61,236 nt of DNA, filler included, from Platydemus manokwari (GCA_037951405.1; 6 parts of 6 records of this genome joined end to end with filler, not necessarily neighbours in it), one strand, 5' to 3'. Numbered from the whole stretch's first letter, positions 23,926-38,360 are shown. A program made the numbers and translations. The notes: generated from the sequence alone by a model not told the origin.

Positions 23926-26900
23926 TTTAAACAAATCTCGATTCCCGCAGAATTGATTCAATCGGTGTTCCAAATAAGTGATGATTGTTTTACCAGACAT
24001 AATATATTCCTTCTCACAACCCATAAAGACAGTTAGTTCAAGGTGTTTCCTTGGTTATCCTTTATTATACTTTGACAGTAGTTTTGTTTCCATTACTAAA
24101 TCGTTCAGCAATTATAAGTGTATATTAAACATATCATTTATTTAACCTCCTGATATTGAAACAATTTATATTTGGTAAGATCTAATAGTTTTTTTACTTA
24201 ATATCGTTTCCTCGTTTATTTTGGATTAGAGATTTAAATGTTCTCATCTCATGACCTCAGAATTTTATTCAATTTCACGTTTAAAAATTGTTACTCAAAT
24301 TCGTTAGTTTTTTATTTAATAAAATGGTTTGCATTTTATATATTTTATATAGAACCTCAACGCAAAAGCAATTCCATAAAACAATAGCTGCAATCGAATT
24401 TATTTTAAATTGACTTAATTATATTTCACAGAAATTTGGGTTCTGAGTTTGAAACTCTGCATTTGGAATCCACTGAGTTGACAAGGACAGATGCATCTTA
24501 ATGACTACCAACGGCATATAGAATATCTATTTAATAATTACTAACTGAACTCTTTTATATCATGGATTTCGGTTTTTTCTTCTTGTTTTATTAGTTTCCA
24601 ATTATAAGATTATTTCTACTCTCACTCACTTACTCTCTCTCTCTTAGGCATAATATAGGTATTTATTTATATGTTTGGGTTTTGACCCAACAATTAATTC
24701 ACACTTAAAAACTATCACACTGTATACATTTTTATAACTATGCATGACAATACAAATGAAATGTGCAGCAATTTTTATCATATTAATTTTTATTTAATCA
24801 ATATCTTAAGCAAATCCTGAATATTTGAGTGAAAACCAGCTTAAAACATTGAAAATAATTATATATATATTTGAAATTTTGAAATTTAATCAACACACAA
24901 TAGAAGATCGTCTAGTGCAGAAGAACAGGATTTCCATATGTGCCCAGCGTTTTACTGGAAGACCCCACAATAAGACCAATTCGAGTAAAATAATGATCTT
25001 TATTTTATATTGTATCTTCAAAGGTAATTGGTTCTGCCCCATGAGTAGGAATAATTTAACCGTTTTTTCATCCATGAGTTGTTAAGGTCCGTTATAAGTT
25101 GATGTACAGTGTACTTTCAAAATCCATTTGTAACTTTTTATTTTATTTTTGTTAATCAATTTTGTATTGGCGTCAATTATTGATAAATATTTGTAGTATC
25201 AAATTTTAGTTATTATTCATATAGGGATCATAAATCATTGTTTATTATTATTGGTTAGTGATTTTAATAGATTATAAAATTTGAGACTGATAGTTAAGTT
25301 AACTAAAATATATCATTATTGCCGCACCTATTGCCTTCACACGATAAGGTTGTGCAAGATGAAGTAACAACAAAATAAGGTAGATTATACACCTGACCTT
25401 AATCAAGAGCTCGTAGTCTGATTAAGATAATAGTGGTATGAAATAGAATTAAGCTTAATAAAACAATAAAATCAATAAGGCCCGAACGTAACATTTAAAT
25501 TTTTTGGTCATTCTTGATGTTTGTCCCAAGTTAGAATTTTGCATTTCATTCATTCTGTACAATGGGGATTATTTCTAGTGTTGTTTTTCCAATGGTGCTC
25601 TCCTAGGATGTCTAATTATGAGACATTTTTTTGAAGATTAAGGTGGCCGGTTCATATGCATTTCACAACAATATCAACCAATACAAATGGACATCTATAG
25701 TTAACCACTAAGGCATTTACCAACTCACAAGTCACCTAGCAGGGATGGCTATATATGAAGATTGGTCAAATACCATAACACATCAAGGCACTGAGAAGCA
25801 AAAGGCACTAGGATCATGATTTATAGATTCTTATTACTGTAATCATAAGATATTGTCGCGATTAATTATGTAAGCATTGCAAGCATTCAATTCGATTATA
25901 TAAAACTATCCTTATCTTGTCAAGAACAGTGAATATCATATCTACTGTCACACTAAATTCATTTTTCAGCGTCGAGAAATTCAAATCAAATTCTAAAAAC
26001 ATTTATGCAACTTTTAAGACAAAAGACATGGCCGAGTTGTAACAATAAATTACTCGATTCTTTATCAGTCACCAAATAAACAAACCTTAATCGATTATAA
26101 ATATTATTTTAATGATAGAGAGAGATGCAAAGTATTCTCAAAATCCAAACAACAATTAGATACACATCTTAAGAAATGAGTAAATCATAACAATAATCCA
26201 TATGACCCCATACACTCCACCCTGCTCATAGATTTACAATCACTATACCGTGTGACTACATTTCTAATCTAATCTAAAGACGACGAATGTCAGATGTAAA
26301 CATGCAGATAAAGGACTACTTTCACCAACACAAACGACTGATGATTTCCATGAAAAACAAAACCTTTTATTAAAATCCCGAGATTGTTTTTTGCAAATAT
26401 CCGGTTTTAATGATCTCGATTTTTTATTGTCTCGAATCTACAATTATCCACAAAAATTTCCATTTGTTCTTTTGTCTGATTCAAGAAAAACCCAAATGTG
26501 ATCTGATCGATTAAAACTAATGTATTGCAAATTCAAAATAAATGAGTACTTAAAATTTTTTTTTCAGAATCAGACTTTGTAACATCGATCTCGTTCATTT
26601 GATCGGATTTGAAATTGTGGTTTTTAAATTAAGATTTGTTCTCTCTTCGAACTCTGATATCAATAGCATTATCAAGTACCATTTCAACGTGATTATAACT
26701 CCAATAAAATAATATTTAGATTAATAATTTAGTAATTACAACCAAAAACAACCAACAAAATAATTTGAAAAAAAGATTATTTATTAATTATTATGAATTT
26801 TTTTTTAATTTCTTTTTATTTGAAATTTTAGTTTCTTAATTATTGTATAAAATGATAAAAGTAATAATATTACTGATACTCACGATGCTATTGACAACAG

Positions 26901-29327
26901 TAACAAAAATCATGATGACGATGAGCTTGACAAGATAAAGGAAAGAAAATTTATTATATCACTGTGAAGTCATTATATCAAAGATTTAACAGAATATTTC
27001 CATTAAACATCAAATACAGGTCCTATGATTTCATATCGATTGAATGCTTAGGGATTTTTGTCTACGCATTACATTGGTTGCACTCCGATCATTCAATAAA
27101 ACCAAATAAGAATGATAACAGACAAACTATTTGAAAATCGAGAAACGTAGATCAATAAAAATAAAATAAACTACAGAAATTAGTGAAAAAATCGATGTTT
27201 TAAGATGAAAATAATGATGTCGATATTTCGGACGGAAATACGAGAATTATAAACGTAAAGCACAAAACAAAAGGATGAATAAAGGAATTAACAAGAAACG
27301 AGATCTAAAAGTATCCAAAAATAATATAAAAATATTATTAAATATAATCATTCCCATAAAGAATTAAGTATGAGATACTGCGATCAGAAATATCCTGGAA
27401 GTAGAAAAAGATGAATTCAACAAATCAAAATCAACGAAGAATCAATAATATCATTCTAATTTAATAGCAACACAAAAATAACTTAAGGACACCTGCACAA
27501 TGCTCTATTTTATTTATTTTTAGTAATATTTAGCTCCACCACATTTTCCATCCAAATTTCATAATATAATTTAATATTTTAATACATTATCATTCCACGA
27601 TAAACGACTTAAAATATCGTAACCGAAATAAGAATAAACTTATCAGCGGAAAATAATTATTCTTGTTACTTGGTTATTCATTCACATTTTATAATCACAT
27701 TAATGATACCTAAAAATAAACCCCGGAGATTAATATTCAATATCGATGTCGTATTTATACTGCCTTATGATATACGATGGAATAGGATTACTCTACCATC
27801 TTTGATATTTTAATATGTAATCGGTTTTACTGGCTAACTATGATTTCCTGATGATGTGTTGAGATGCTTGTTAGATGTTCTGTTAAGCAATCTCATAACG
27901 TAAAGACACAAACTGATCGCTGGGTCTTTGATTGGATATTTACGGATCTAATGTCCATGTGTATGTACGTATGTGTGATCTTGGAAAACGGGGTTTTAAA
28001 GCATACGAGGGTGTTATTTATGATTTCCGTTTGATTCAACAATCTACACAATAAATATTTACACAATGAGCACAATAATAAATGTAATATCAATAGCTAC
28101 AATAAAAACATTATTTATAAATTTTATTATTATAATTATTATAATAATAAACAATTTTCAATAGGAAATGAAATTAACCAATATATTCATGATTATAATT
28201 GATATTTTCAAATGGCGTTATTTCTATAAATAAAAGCTCGAGAAAAGAATAAACACAAATGATCTTCATATATATGTTTGCATTCTTTTAAATCGAAAAT
28301 ATATTGATATTAAGAAATATATAAATGATCGATTTAATTTTATTTGAATATTTTTAAATTAACTTTTATGGCTTGGAATGCTTAGATACGTCTTCTGTTT
28401 GTATTTTATCGAATTGTTATTTACTAATAGAGTGGCCATGTAATTGAATTGATTATATGAAAACAAAAAAACAGAAAATCCATGAAAAGAAAATAAAGAA
28501 ATTATAGAAGATCGGAAATGTTGACAATATCCGCATATTTACAAATGGATAAATATATGAATAATTCGATACAGTGAATATAAAGCCTGGTTAGAGATTT
28601 CCGAATAGCGAATACACAAATTAAAGAAACATTTCGATAACAGAAAAATGCAAAGAAAATTTAAGATATTAAAGAAAGTGATTTGTTGGAATAAAAACGC
28701 CAATAAATATTTAAAACGTGGTTTTAGACAATCAGTATATTGATATTAAAAAAGTAAAAATAATCGATAAAATTTGTTTGAATATTTATTGAATTTTTAT
28801 TTAATATACTTTTGCGTGTTGAAATTCTAGGTTTCGTTGTTAACTCATTTTCTATGAAATAGTAGTCGCTAATAGGTAGTAAAGGTTAAAAAGTCAATTT
28901 CAAATTATCGAATAATTCTAACTGGCACAATGCAAATGTCTTCTTCTATTATTTTTTGATGAATTTTGAGAAATTTTTGAATCTATTTTATCGATTTTTG
29001 GTAATATTATATTGGGCGATGATTATATTTTTATCGGTTTATTATAATATTCTATCGGGCCATGTTTAAATTTGATTGGTTTAAGTAATATTTATAAAAT
29101 AAACAAAATCTAACCCTTATCTATTTGTCATTGAAATTTATTATTACAGCTCGTTTACAAATAATATTGACGGAATCAATAATAAATTCAGTTTGCCACG
29201 CCTAAAGTTTACGCAGACTAATACCATTAATACGACAAAAATAAATTACAATAAATAATGAATAATATCCTTTACAGTAGATATTGTTTATAGTATTATT
29301 TATTTATAATTTCATTATTGTTTTAAT

Positions 29328-29390
<63 letters not shown>

Positions 29391-29405
29391 TATTATTATT
29401 ATTAT
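29328..29405. repeat. (AAT)n microsatellite switching to (TAT)n at contig end
   Basis: About 21 AAT units followed by about 5 complementary-strand units. Confidence 0.95.
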
Positions 29406-29505
29406 NNNNNNNNNNNNNNNNNNNNNNNNNNNNNNNNNNNNNNNNNNNNTTAATTAATTAANNNNNNNNNNNNNNNNNNNNNNNNNNNNNNNNNNNNNNN
29501 NNNNN
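29406..29505. other. Artificial contig spacer
   Basis: N44-TTAATTAATTAA-N44. Confidence 0.98.
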
Positions 29506-29547
29506 TATGCAAAATGTACTTTAAATAAATAAATATTTTTCAAAAAA

Positions 29548-29577
29548 AACCGAAATTTTAAGGTTATACACCTAATA
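29548..29577 (-). mobile_element. Mariner-type TIR end near contig start
   Basis: Reverse complement reads TA+TTAGGTGTATAACCTTAAAATTTCGGTT; shares TACACCTAATA with 51971-51981. Confidence 0.5.
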
Positions 29578-29999
29578 TTATATTTTCAATTAAGCCGTCT
29601 CGACCTACAATCGAATATGTTATTTATCAAAACAATTTCAATATACCAATAAATATAAATATAAATAAAGATTAGGATCTTATCTTATGAACATATTCCT
29701 TCATCTATAGCTATAGAATCTTTTATTATCTTCATAAACTGACAACTCTTAACTAGGTTGGTTATTTTTAATGAAGAAATTCGAAAAAATCCCGCTGGAT
29801 TAGTAAAACCAACAATAATTGCACAAAAGTGATAATCTACACAGAGAAAGGAATTCTGTTCAACTAACCTCAGGAAAAATACTCATAAAAAAATGCACCA
29901 GCATTTTCAGAGATATCGTTGTTTTCATATTAATGAATGTTCCAATAACATGTTGTTGGCTTTATTAAAACAGTGAAAGCTGCTACATTCTTTCTTTTT

Positions 30000-32620
30000 T
30001 ATCTTTTCCATTTTCATCTTGTAATTGCTATCTCCTTTAATGGTTCTTTCCTATAATTTAATAGGGGCCATCACATCTTTCTTGTACGTTGTTCCATAGT
30101 TCATTTTATACTACCACCTGGTCATCTATCTTAAATTTTTGTTTTGTTATTTCCACTGATTCTATTTTATGATTTCCTCGATGCTCCTTTTAATTTCTAC
30201 TCTATCTACTCTACTGTTGGCATGCCATTGTGTTGTGTCTATTCCTGCATGAAACAATAACTCGCGGCTACATTCAATAATTTCTATTCTTTTAATTGAT
30301 GGTATCCAAATTTTGTGATCTTTTGGCTTTACCATGTCTTCTTCGAGTATAGAATAACGATTTTATGTTCTTCATATCCAGTTTTTAATCATTTCTATTT
30401 CTTTTCTGTAAATTCACTATTCTTTTTTTATTCTCTGTCGTTATGGTTAATATTATGAATTTTATTTTTCCTTTGGTTGAATTCTCGTGTTTTGTCAAGC
30501 ATTGTGAAGACATGTAACATGTATTTCTTGGCAGCTTATCTAGATTTCCGTCATTAACACTCTTTCTAGATATCATTTTTATGTCCAAGCTACTTAAATA
30601 ATTCAACCATCTTTGAAATTGAAGTTTTTTGCTTTAAGCGTGAAAGTAATTGCTTTGTAATCCGTTCTAAGAGAAAAAGTATATCGCCTGTGATTCCTTT
30701 CTCGTGATGCAATATCCTTTCTTGTGTTTGTTCATCGCTTTGGATCCATATGCGATTAAATGCTAATTTCTTCGATCATCTGTCTGTGATAGGACTGAGC
30801 CTATTATGTCAAAGCTTACTTAAAATCAAAGCATGTCAAAATTGGCTATTCTGTCAAATCCTTTTTCAATGTTATATTTCCCCACATAATTCTTCTAATC
30901 TTCTAAATTTTTTCGAGTATTCTTGTTTAAATCTCCTATAATAACCAAAAATTCCTAAGAAGCTCCTTAATTTTTTTATGCATTTTGGTCTCTCAAATTT
31001 TTAATTGTCACAATTTTATTTGGGTCAGTTTTGATACCTTTTTCATTTTTTATGTGTCTAAAAAACTTTATTTCCTTTTTTGATATGTTGTATTTTTCTG
31101 GATTTATCCACAATTTAGTTTTTCCTATTCTTTGTATTACCTCTTCTAAGGTTTGATAATGTTCTTCTATAGTTTTTGAAGCCATTTTAACTTTATCTCT
31201 CATAAGTGTCAATACCTTTGATATTAGTTCTTGAAAAGTATCAGGAGCAGCTGCAATCCCGAAAGGCATCCGTGTATTGACAATAATATTGACCATTTTT
31301 TGTTGGAAATGCTGATTTTTCTTTAGATTCTTCTTCTAACTCTATTTGGCAGTATTCATTATCTAAGTCAATAGATGTACGGTAATTAGAACTGTGTAAT
31401 TTATCTAGCATCTCTTTTACATTCGAAATTGAAAATGTTTGTTTTTCTGTTATTAAATTTAACTGTCTGAAATCAAAGAATAATATAATATCTTTTTTTC
31501 TTTCTTCCAAATGCAAACAAATGGAGTAATCCGAGGTGAGTTGCACCTTTACTTGCTCTCTTTAAGGTTTGATATTTATTGGGTATTTATTTTGGACAAC
31601 CTATGTCCCAATGATCTTCCATGAATACATTCCTGTTATTACTGATGATCTCATAAAAGATAGAACCTTCATTTAATCTTAGGCATTCTTTGGGTTCATG
31701 AAATCTGTTTTCATCAAATTCGAATTTAGCTGTTATCTCACAAATAAAATTGCGCCCGTCGTTTTCTTCTACCATTTCTTTATTTGAAATATTCTTATTC
31801 CAGCATAGGTTTATTCCAAATATCCTGTAAAAATTCAATGCCGGTTATAAATTGTGGTGACATGTGTTCTACAACTATAAATGATACATTGTTTGTTTGC
31901 ATTCCTGCCTCGCCTTTCAATGTTACCTCACCAATTACTTTCAGTTTACTATTATTGTTTTTCTTAAAATATACATTATATATGTTATTTGACTTATTTT
32001 AATTAATTATTTTATTATTATACGCTTTACTTACATTATAAATACTAATATGACTACATATACTTACGGTATCCTGATAAAGATCAACATCATAGCTTAG
32101 TGCAATGTTCTGATCCACTCTCTTGAGGTCAGAGGTTTGGCGTTTGAGTACTCAATGCAGCTTTCATTCCTGAATTCTATCTAATTTTTTATTACCGTTT
32201 TTATTTTCAACAATGGCCCACATTTTTATTACTCTCTCTAATTCCGATTCATCTGATCAATAAAAAGTCAGGAATGCAACCAGATCTTTTTTCGTTTAAT
32301 TATGTACAATTATATGAAAGAAAACGTTGGCATATTCCAACGTTTTTGACCAAAGACCTTTGCAGTCTTTGATCATAATCCTTAATTTCATCCGGAGCTG
32401 CCTCAAATTGAGCCATAGCTCTCTGTTCTTGAACGACAATAACAACCAGATTCTTAATGGATATGGTTGTTTTCCAAATATCAAAGTATCGATTACAGCT
32501 TTTAATAAACTCTTCGATATCGTCTCTTTCACTGAACATTTCAGGCACAATTCTGCTCAGGAACGCATCTATGTATGCTGTTGCCATGTTAAATATAGAT
32601 TCAAGGGAAGAATTCATTTA
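30000..32620 (-). mobile_element. Degenerate Ty3/gypsy LTR retrotransposon (gag, RT, RNase H fragment, GPY motif)
   Basis: gag-like ORF 32300-32617 (PEMFSERDDIEEFI); RT motifs DFRQLNLIT, SIDLDNEYCQI..EESKEKSAF, MPFGIAAAPDTFQ, KLWINPEKY, GIKTDPNKI; RNase H LRTDYKAITF; CDGPY near 30065. Frameshifts throughout; no LTRs identified. Confidence 0.88.
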
Positions 32621-35019
32621 TACGATTTTCGTAAATTATTTATTTAAATTTCTTGATTAAATTATTATTAAATTATTATTGAATTTTTTCTATTAAATTT
32701 TCCTCATAATGATTGTCAAAGTTATTATTATACAAAAGAAAAATATTATCATCGTAAATAAAAATTAAAATGAAATTCTATTAAAAATAAGCAGTCAATT
32801 TATTAAATTTAAGGTATTGCTAAATATGGCAATCAAACTGCCTTTTTATGTGTCATTTGTTGATCACATGTTTATATAAATTATGACAAGAAATTCTAAG
32901 TTAATTTTTTAATAAATATAGAATTTTATATTTTATTAATTTCATTTAAATACCTTATCAAGAAAACCTTAAATAATTTTAGAAAAATCATTAATTTCTG
33001 TTTATCATTTTTTTCTTATTTTACAAAAATTTTAAAAGTGATATTTTATTTATCATAATAAATTTAGTAATGAAAACAGGAATATTCCACTCATCTGAAA
33101 TTCAAAAGTAGTGTTTATCTAATGCCGACCTGCTGTTGATTTTTGCCTCTTATAGGAAATATCATAAATGGATTCGGGTTTCAAAATAAAATAAAATTAA
33201 CACCACATATAAATATAATGGAATGAAGAATACGATGCAAACATAATTTATTATTCATAAACCTCAATGGCAAACACTTTGCTAAACATCCCCAATGAAT
33301 ATCCGATTACTCGTCAAGACAGGTTTATAATTTCATAAATTTCAAAGTATTATTGTACTGAGGTAGAAAATTCGGAACAATTTATAATAATATATTATTC
33401 AGCAAAATGTAATGTTATTCATTTCTATCATATCATTAAAATTTCCAGTGTTTCTGTGATTAATTATTTTATTGCATAAGAGCGCTTTGAATTCCACCTT
33501 GAATCTTTTCATTGCTCATTCCAAAAGTAAATGCCTTCAATTCATCATCGCAGAGAACCGAGTATGTTGCAATTGCAGAATTTTATAATTGAAAGTGACT
33601 GAAAATATTTTCGTTATAATTACTAAATATTTGAATTATTTATCATAATTTATTAATTAAAAATATATCCCATTAAAACAAAACTATAAATATTCAAATT
33701 ATTTATTCTAATATTTAATGTTTTAAAAAAAGAAAGAAATGATGAATACATTTATCGGGTCTCATGGATGTTATAGATTTGAAATTTACGAAATTGTATT
33801 CGTTATTTAGTGATTTGTGTGCCAATAGCAGTTAAATAATTCAGAAATATCCAGTCCTTGTGAAGTTATCAATATATGTTATATTAAACATAAAATTGAA
33901 AGAGAGTCTATATTTACTCAAAGCTAATAGAATAAATATTAACTTTTAGTAAAATACTAATAACTGAATTAAAATAAATAAATTGTGTATTCTGTAATGT
34001 GAATTTGAAGACAAATAGCAGATAATATTTCAACATGAATCTGAATTTGTAAATTTCTATATATTATTTAAATAAACATTGCCAGTAATCTAATAAAGCG
34101 ATAAATAATTAAGATACATATTAAATTTGTCTTGTTATTTACTAGAAAATTATATATATACATATATGTTTCAAAATTATTTAGAATTCGTATAATTATA
34201 ATACTAATTGTAGCAATAATTGTAGTAATAATCTTTCTCAATTTTTATTACAATATTAAAAAAACATCTTTATGATTATGATAAATCTCATTTCTTTAAT
34301 TGAGTTAAAATGCAATATTTAAAATTTTTGAAATCTATGTTAATCTTTGCATTAAATTAATATTATTAATAATAATAATATTTTGTTATTTAAAATTTCG
34401 TTATTTTAAAAAACTTTTATATAATTATTATAACTTAGAGTCATGATTATAATCATATTATCAATGATAATAAATTTCTAAGAAAATTAAAATTAATAGA
34501 AAATAATATGGTAAAGCAAATTAGAACTCGATCCATGTATATTTGTTATTTTAAACCGTTTATGATATACATGCATTACATCCATGTACTAATATAAGAA
34601 CTCGATAACAATTTAAACATAAACATGATAATAACTGCAAGATTGTTCAGAGATTGCTTGATCACCGTAGCAAAATCTCAAAATAAGTGCATGTAAAATT
34701 TAAAGTTTTATAAAAGAATTTTGGTACTCTGAATTATATCAGAATCAAATAGACTTTGATTATTACTTCAAAACAAAATGATTCTCAGAGAAGCTTACCT
34801 TAAATGTGTCATAGTTACCCATCTAAATTTCAACAGAACCAGAATAAGCTGACTATCATATCGTGTTTGAACATGTCTGCTGATAAAATCCTAAAAGGCA
34901 ATGGCACCGGTTACACGGTTGGCACAGCGCCGGAATTTGTCAAAACTCAATGTATGAGTTTCGATATTCAAATGAATTATAGGAATACGGATCAAATTTT
35001 GCTACGGAAAGACTAATTC

Positions 35020-38000
35020 CTATGATCGGGTTGAAATGATGATGGTGGGCAACGCAAGAAGCAGCCATCTTTGATGACCAAAAGGAACGCCCTGAAAGGG
35101 ATATCTAATAACTGCGTGGTTACTAGCAGGGATAGCTAAGCAATAAATTTAATGATAAGACTGATACTTGTAGTCGGACCATATTAGAATCGGACTAGAG
35201 CCTCCTTGGAAGGGAGAGCTGACAACCAAAGATTATCAGCCAAAGATCCTTAAAATATCAAATTTTAGATCATGAGCAAAAAATGCGAACTTCAAGAAGA
35301 CAATTAACGGCCATTCTTCAATATCCAAGCGTCAGATCCGTCTCAGCTCTGAACTGGAAACAGTACACTTTTGGATCGGAAAGTCAAAACCACAAGCAAT
35401 CAAAATCTGGCAAATAACAGAACTTTGCATTCCAATTACAATCCAAATCACTCTGCTTGCGTAATGTTTCCAATGCATAATTTGAGCTCAGAGATCATTC
35501 TCTATTTCCCTGGTGAAGATATTATCGTCTCATCTCACATTTCAATGATCCCCTTAATCCAGTTTGCACATTTGAATAAAAGAAACTGATCTCCACCTAT
35601 AGTAGGAATACTTCCACACTCATCGAGGATATCTTCCAAACACGGGCGAAAAATCAGTTAGTTTAACCTTCTGTGATTAAACGATAAAATTCTCATCTTA
35701 TCAAAATCATTGGAAACTTCAAAATGTAATTTTAGAATTCTACGGAGGATGTCAGACCCGCTAACAGCCTGCTTTCTGATAAAGAGTCCCTCAACCGCGA
35801 CAAAGCGCATCCAGCTTATGGGTGGACATGTGCATGCCTGTGAACACTCCGACAGTGAGCAGCTGAAATCCTACGGAAAATCAGAGTAAAGATTATACTT
35901 ATTTTAATTTTATTCCTGGGAACCCTGTTGAATATGCAGAGTCTATTTGGTGTCCGGCTGGGAAACTTTATCGGTACTTTAATGTAATTTCTTTAAATAA
36001 TAATAATTTAACTGTTCCCAGTCAGAGTTATGCCTTAGCTTTACGGGACTCAGTACACAATAACTCTGTACAATAGAATAAAATAAAATTCCTCCACAAA
36101 AACAAAATACAATAAACCACAGTTACTAAAACCTATCTATGCGCTACCCAAATTACCGATTGTCAAATGAACAACACAAATTTTTTAACCGCTTATGTAT
36201 AGAAACAAGAGATAACTCCTTTATATAATTCCAAACCACTTACTGCGAAACCAATACTGATTCTCTGTGATGTTAAAAAGGTTGCCCCTTGAGCATGACC
36301 CTTTTTTGCCTACTGCAGACATACCAAAACCTCTGACAATGTACGGTATTCAGTTCATAACATTTATTTATGAAGAAGACATAGTTGTAATTGGGACTAC
36401 ATGGGAAGAACTCCAACATAGATTGACATACATTGTAAATAATGTAAATACAATACACATGAAACTTAATGTGACAAAATGTAGGCATCATGTTGGTGAC
36501 ATCGATCACAAATATGAAATTAAAATCAGCAAGCAACTAATCCCCTTTGTTGACGAGAATAATCTATAGAAATACCCTGAAGTCCATTTTGTAGAACTAA
36601 ACCCTTCCATTATCATTTCTAAACTGGACAATATTCTTTCAGACTTTCACGGTATCATTGATTCTCGTCCTCACCTGCACAAAAAATGCATGCCTTTCAG
36701 ACTTTTCTTCATTCAAGTTTACCTTTCCATCTCCATATTCGTGAGGTGAATGCTCAACAACTTAACTCACTTCATGGAATACAACCTTTTCGATTCTTAC
36801 AAGACTTAGGCTTTGATGAGAAAAATCGTGAACTAATCCGATGTATTATAGGTAAATACGATGTACAAAAACTGAATAACAACTTCTACTATGCTCCTGA
36901 TAAACTCAGAAGTCTTGGAATTATGTCTGGTTTTTATGACTACTTTGAACAGTCAATTACCGGTGCTTTCATGTTTATAAATAGCTGTAATATATCTTTC
37001 AAGAATCTTATGATTGGTCGCTTAATCAATGTAACCAATGCTCGATTGATTCTACGAAACTCTTCAAATCCTGAACAAGCTGTTGACAATCTGTGTGATA
37101 TACTTCCTTCTTTTTATGGACCAAAAACCACCTGGTGGTCTAAGATCAGACATGCAGTTTGGCGGCTTTGTAGCTTTCGAATTGATTGTGTCTTTCATAC
37201 TGAGAATAATCTTCTGAAATAAAACTTTAAGTCATATCAAAGGCATTTGTCAATTACTTCGAAGATGTAATGCCTCTCATGAATCTGTTGCACATGTTCT
37301 TATTTACTGTGCTGCACCACCATAACCTACTTCTGCTTGTCGTAATGCTGTCTTGGATACTCTGTTATTCTGTCCTCGCTCTCGTGGGCTTGATGTTGAC
37401 CTAGAATTAACAAATGTCGAGATACCTTCAAATTTACGTTTTAACATGTTTGTCAGAGATTTTAAGAAAAAGCCTACTATATTCTTAGACTTGTAAATTT
37501 CTTATGACTTGTTAGAAAAAATTTCAGAATTGTTCCAATAACTGAGATAAATATACACAACTCGCAATCGATTTCTGCCGGAGGAATCGACACGACTCTT
37601 ACCTTGACGTCATAAATCTAGATATTATTGGTTTCTTGGACCCTCAAAACGATAAGGCTTTTAATCTTTTAGGCTTCAATAAAATAACTTTAAATAAACT
37701 TTCAAATTTATTAATTACCCGAGTGATCTGGTCTGCCTACAATACCTCCTTTAGTTACATTCACATTAATAACACAACATGACAAATAACAACTGCATCT
37801 TTACCTCTCCATCTCAAACAATCAACAACACAACTATTTACGCAAAATAATCACATCATCCGATTATAATCACTTACCAACTTTTGCTTTTTCTTACAGA
37901 AATTGGTAAACCTTACCTACTCATAACTCAATCTTTACCTCCTATTCTCCTTGGGTGGTATTGATTATAAATATATTTAAATATTAGGTTCTGTAAATTT

Positions 38001-38360
38001 TTCAGCTGTTCTCCTGAATAGATCACATTATGATTTTTCAACAATGAAAGTGAGTATATCTCTCTGTTGAGTCGATTTAGGAGTAATCGTTGCTCGGAAC
38101 TGTGAAGAGTATCCTCCAGAACCCGAAAAACAAAAGACATCGAGTGGTCCTGCTGTTCATCCAATGGGATTCTCAACAACCTGATCTGAGCTCCTGCGAT
38201 CGTATAGCACAGATCAGTTCACCAATTGAGGAAATGACTTCCTATTAGGAAACAATTGAATAAAAACAATTTTAATCTTTTCTGTGTTCTACAGCCAAGC
38301 CTTATTTTATCTACATATGTATTTATCTTTTATGTGTATATTCCTGTAAATATATCGTTA
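35020..38360 (+). mobile_element. Degenerate non-LTR retrotransposon with restriction-like endonuclease (NeSL/R5/Utopia-like); outer boundaries uncertain, coding core ~36230-37770
   Basis: RT motifs DVKK(G)CPLS (frameshifted), FIYEEDIVVI (YADD), MKLNVTKC; KMHAFQTFL, FYYAPDKLRSLGI, WWSKIRHAVWRL; CCHC knuckle RRCNASHESVAHVLIYC; RNAVLD (RHN); decayed PD..D LRFNMFVRD..IFLDL; IIGFLDPQND (GSWDP motif). Confidence 0.8.

Noticed and set aside
33100-34945. M14 carboxypeptidase-like fragments (ADKILKGNGTGYTVGTAPEF; REPSMLQLQNFII)
   Set aside because: No zinc-binding HxxE or NRN motifs found and no consistent exon chain; needs an HMM search.
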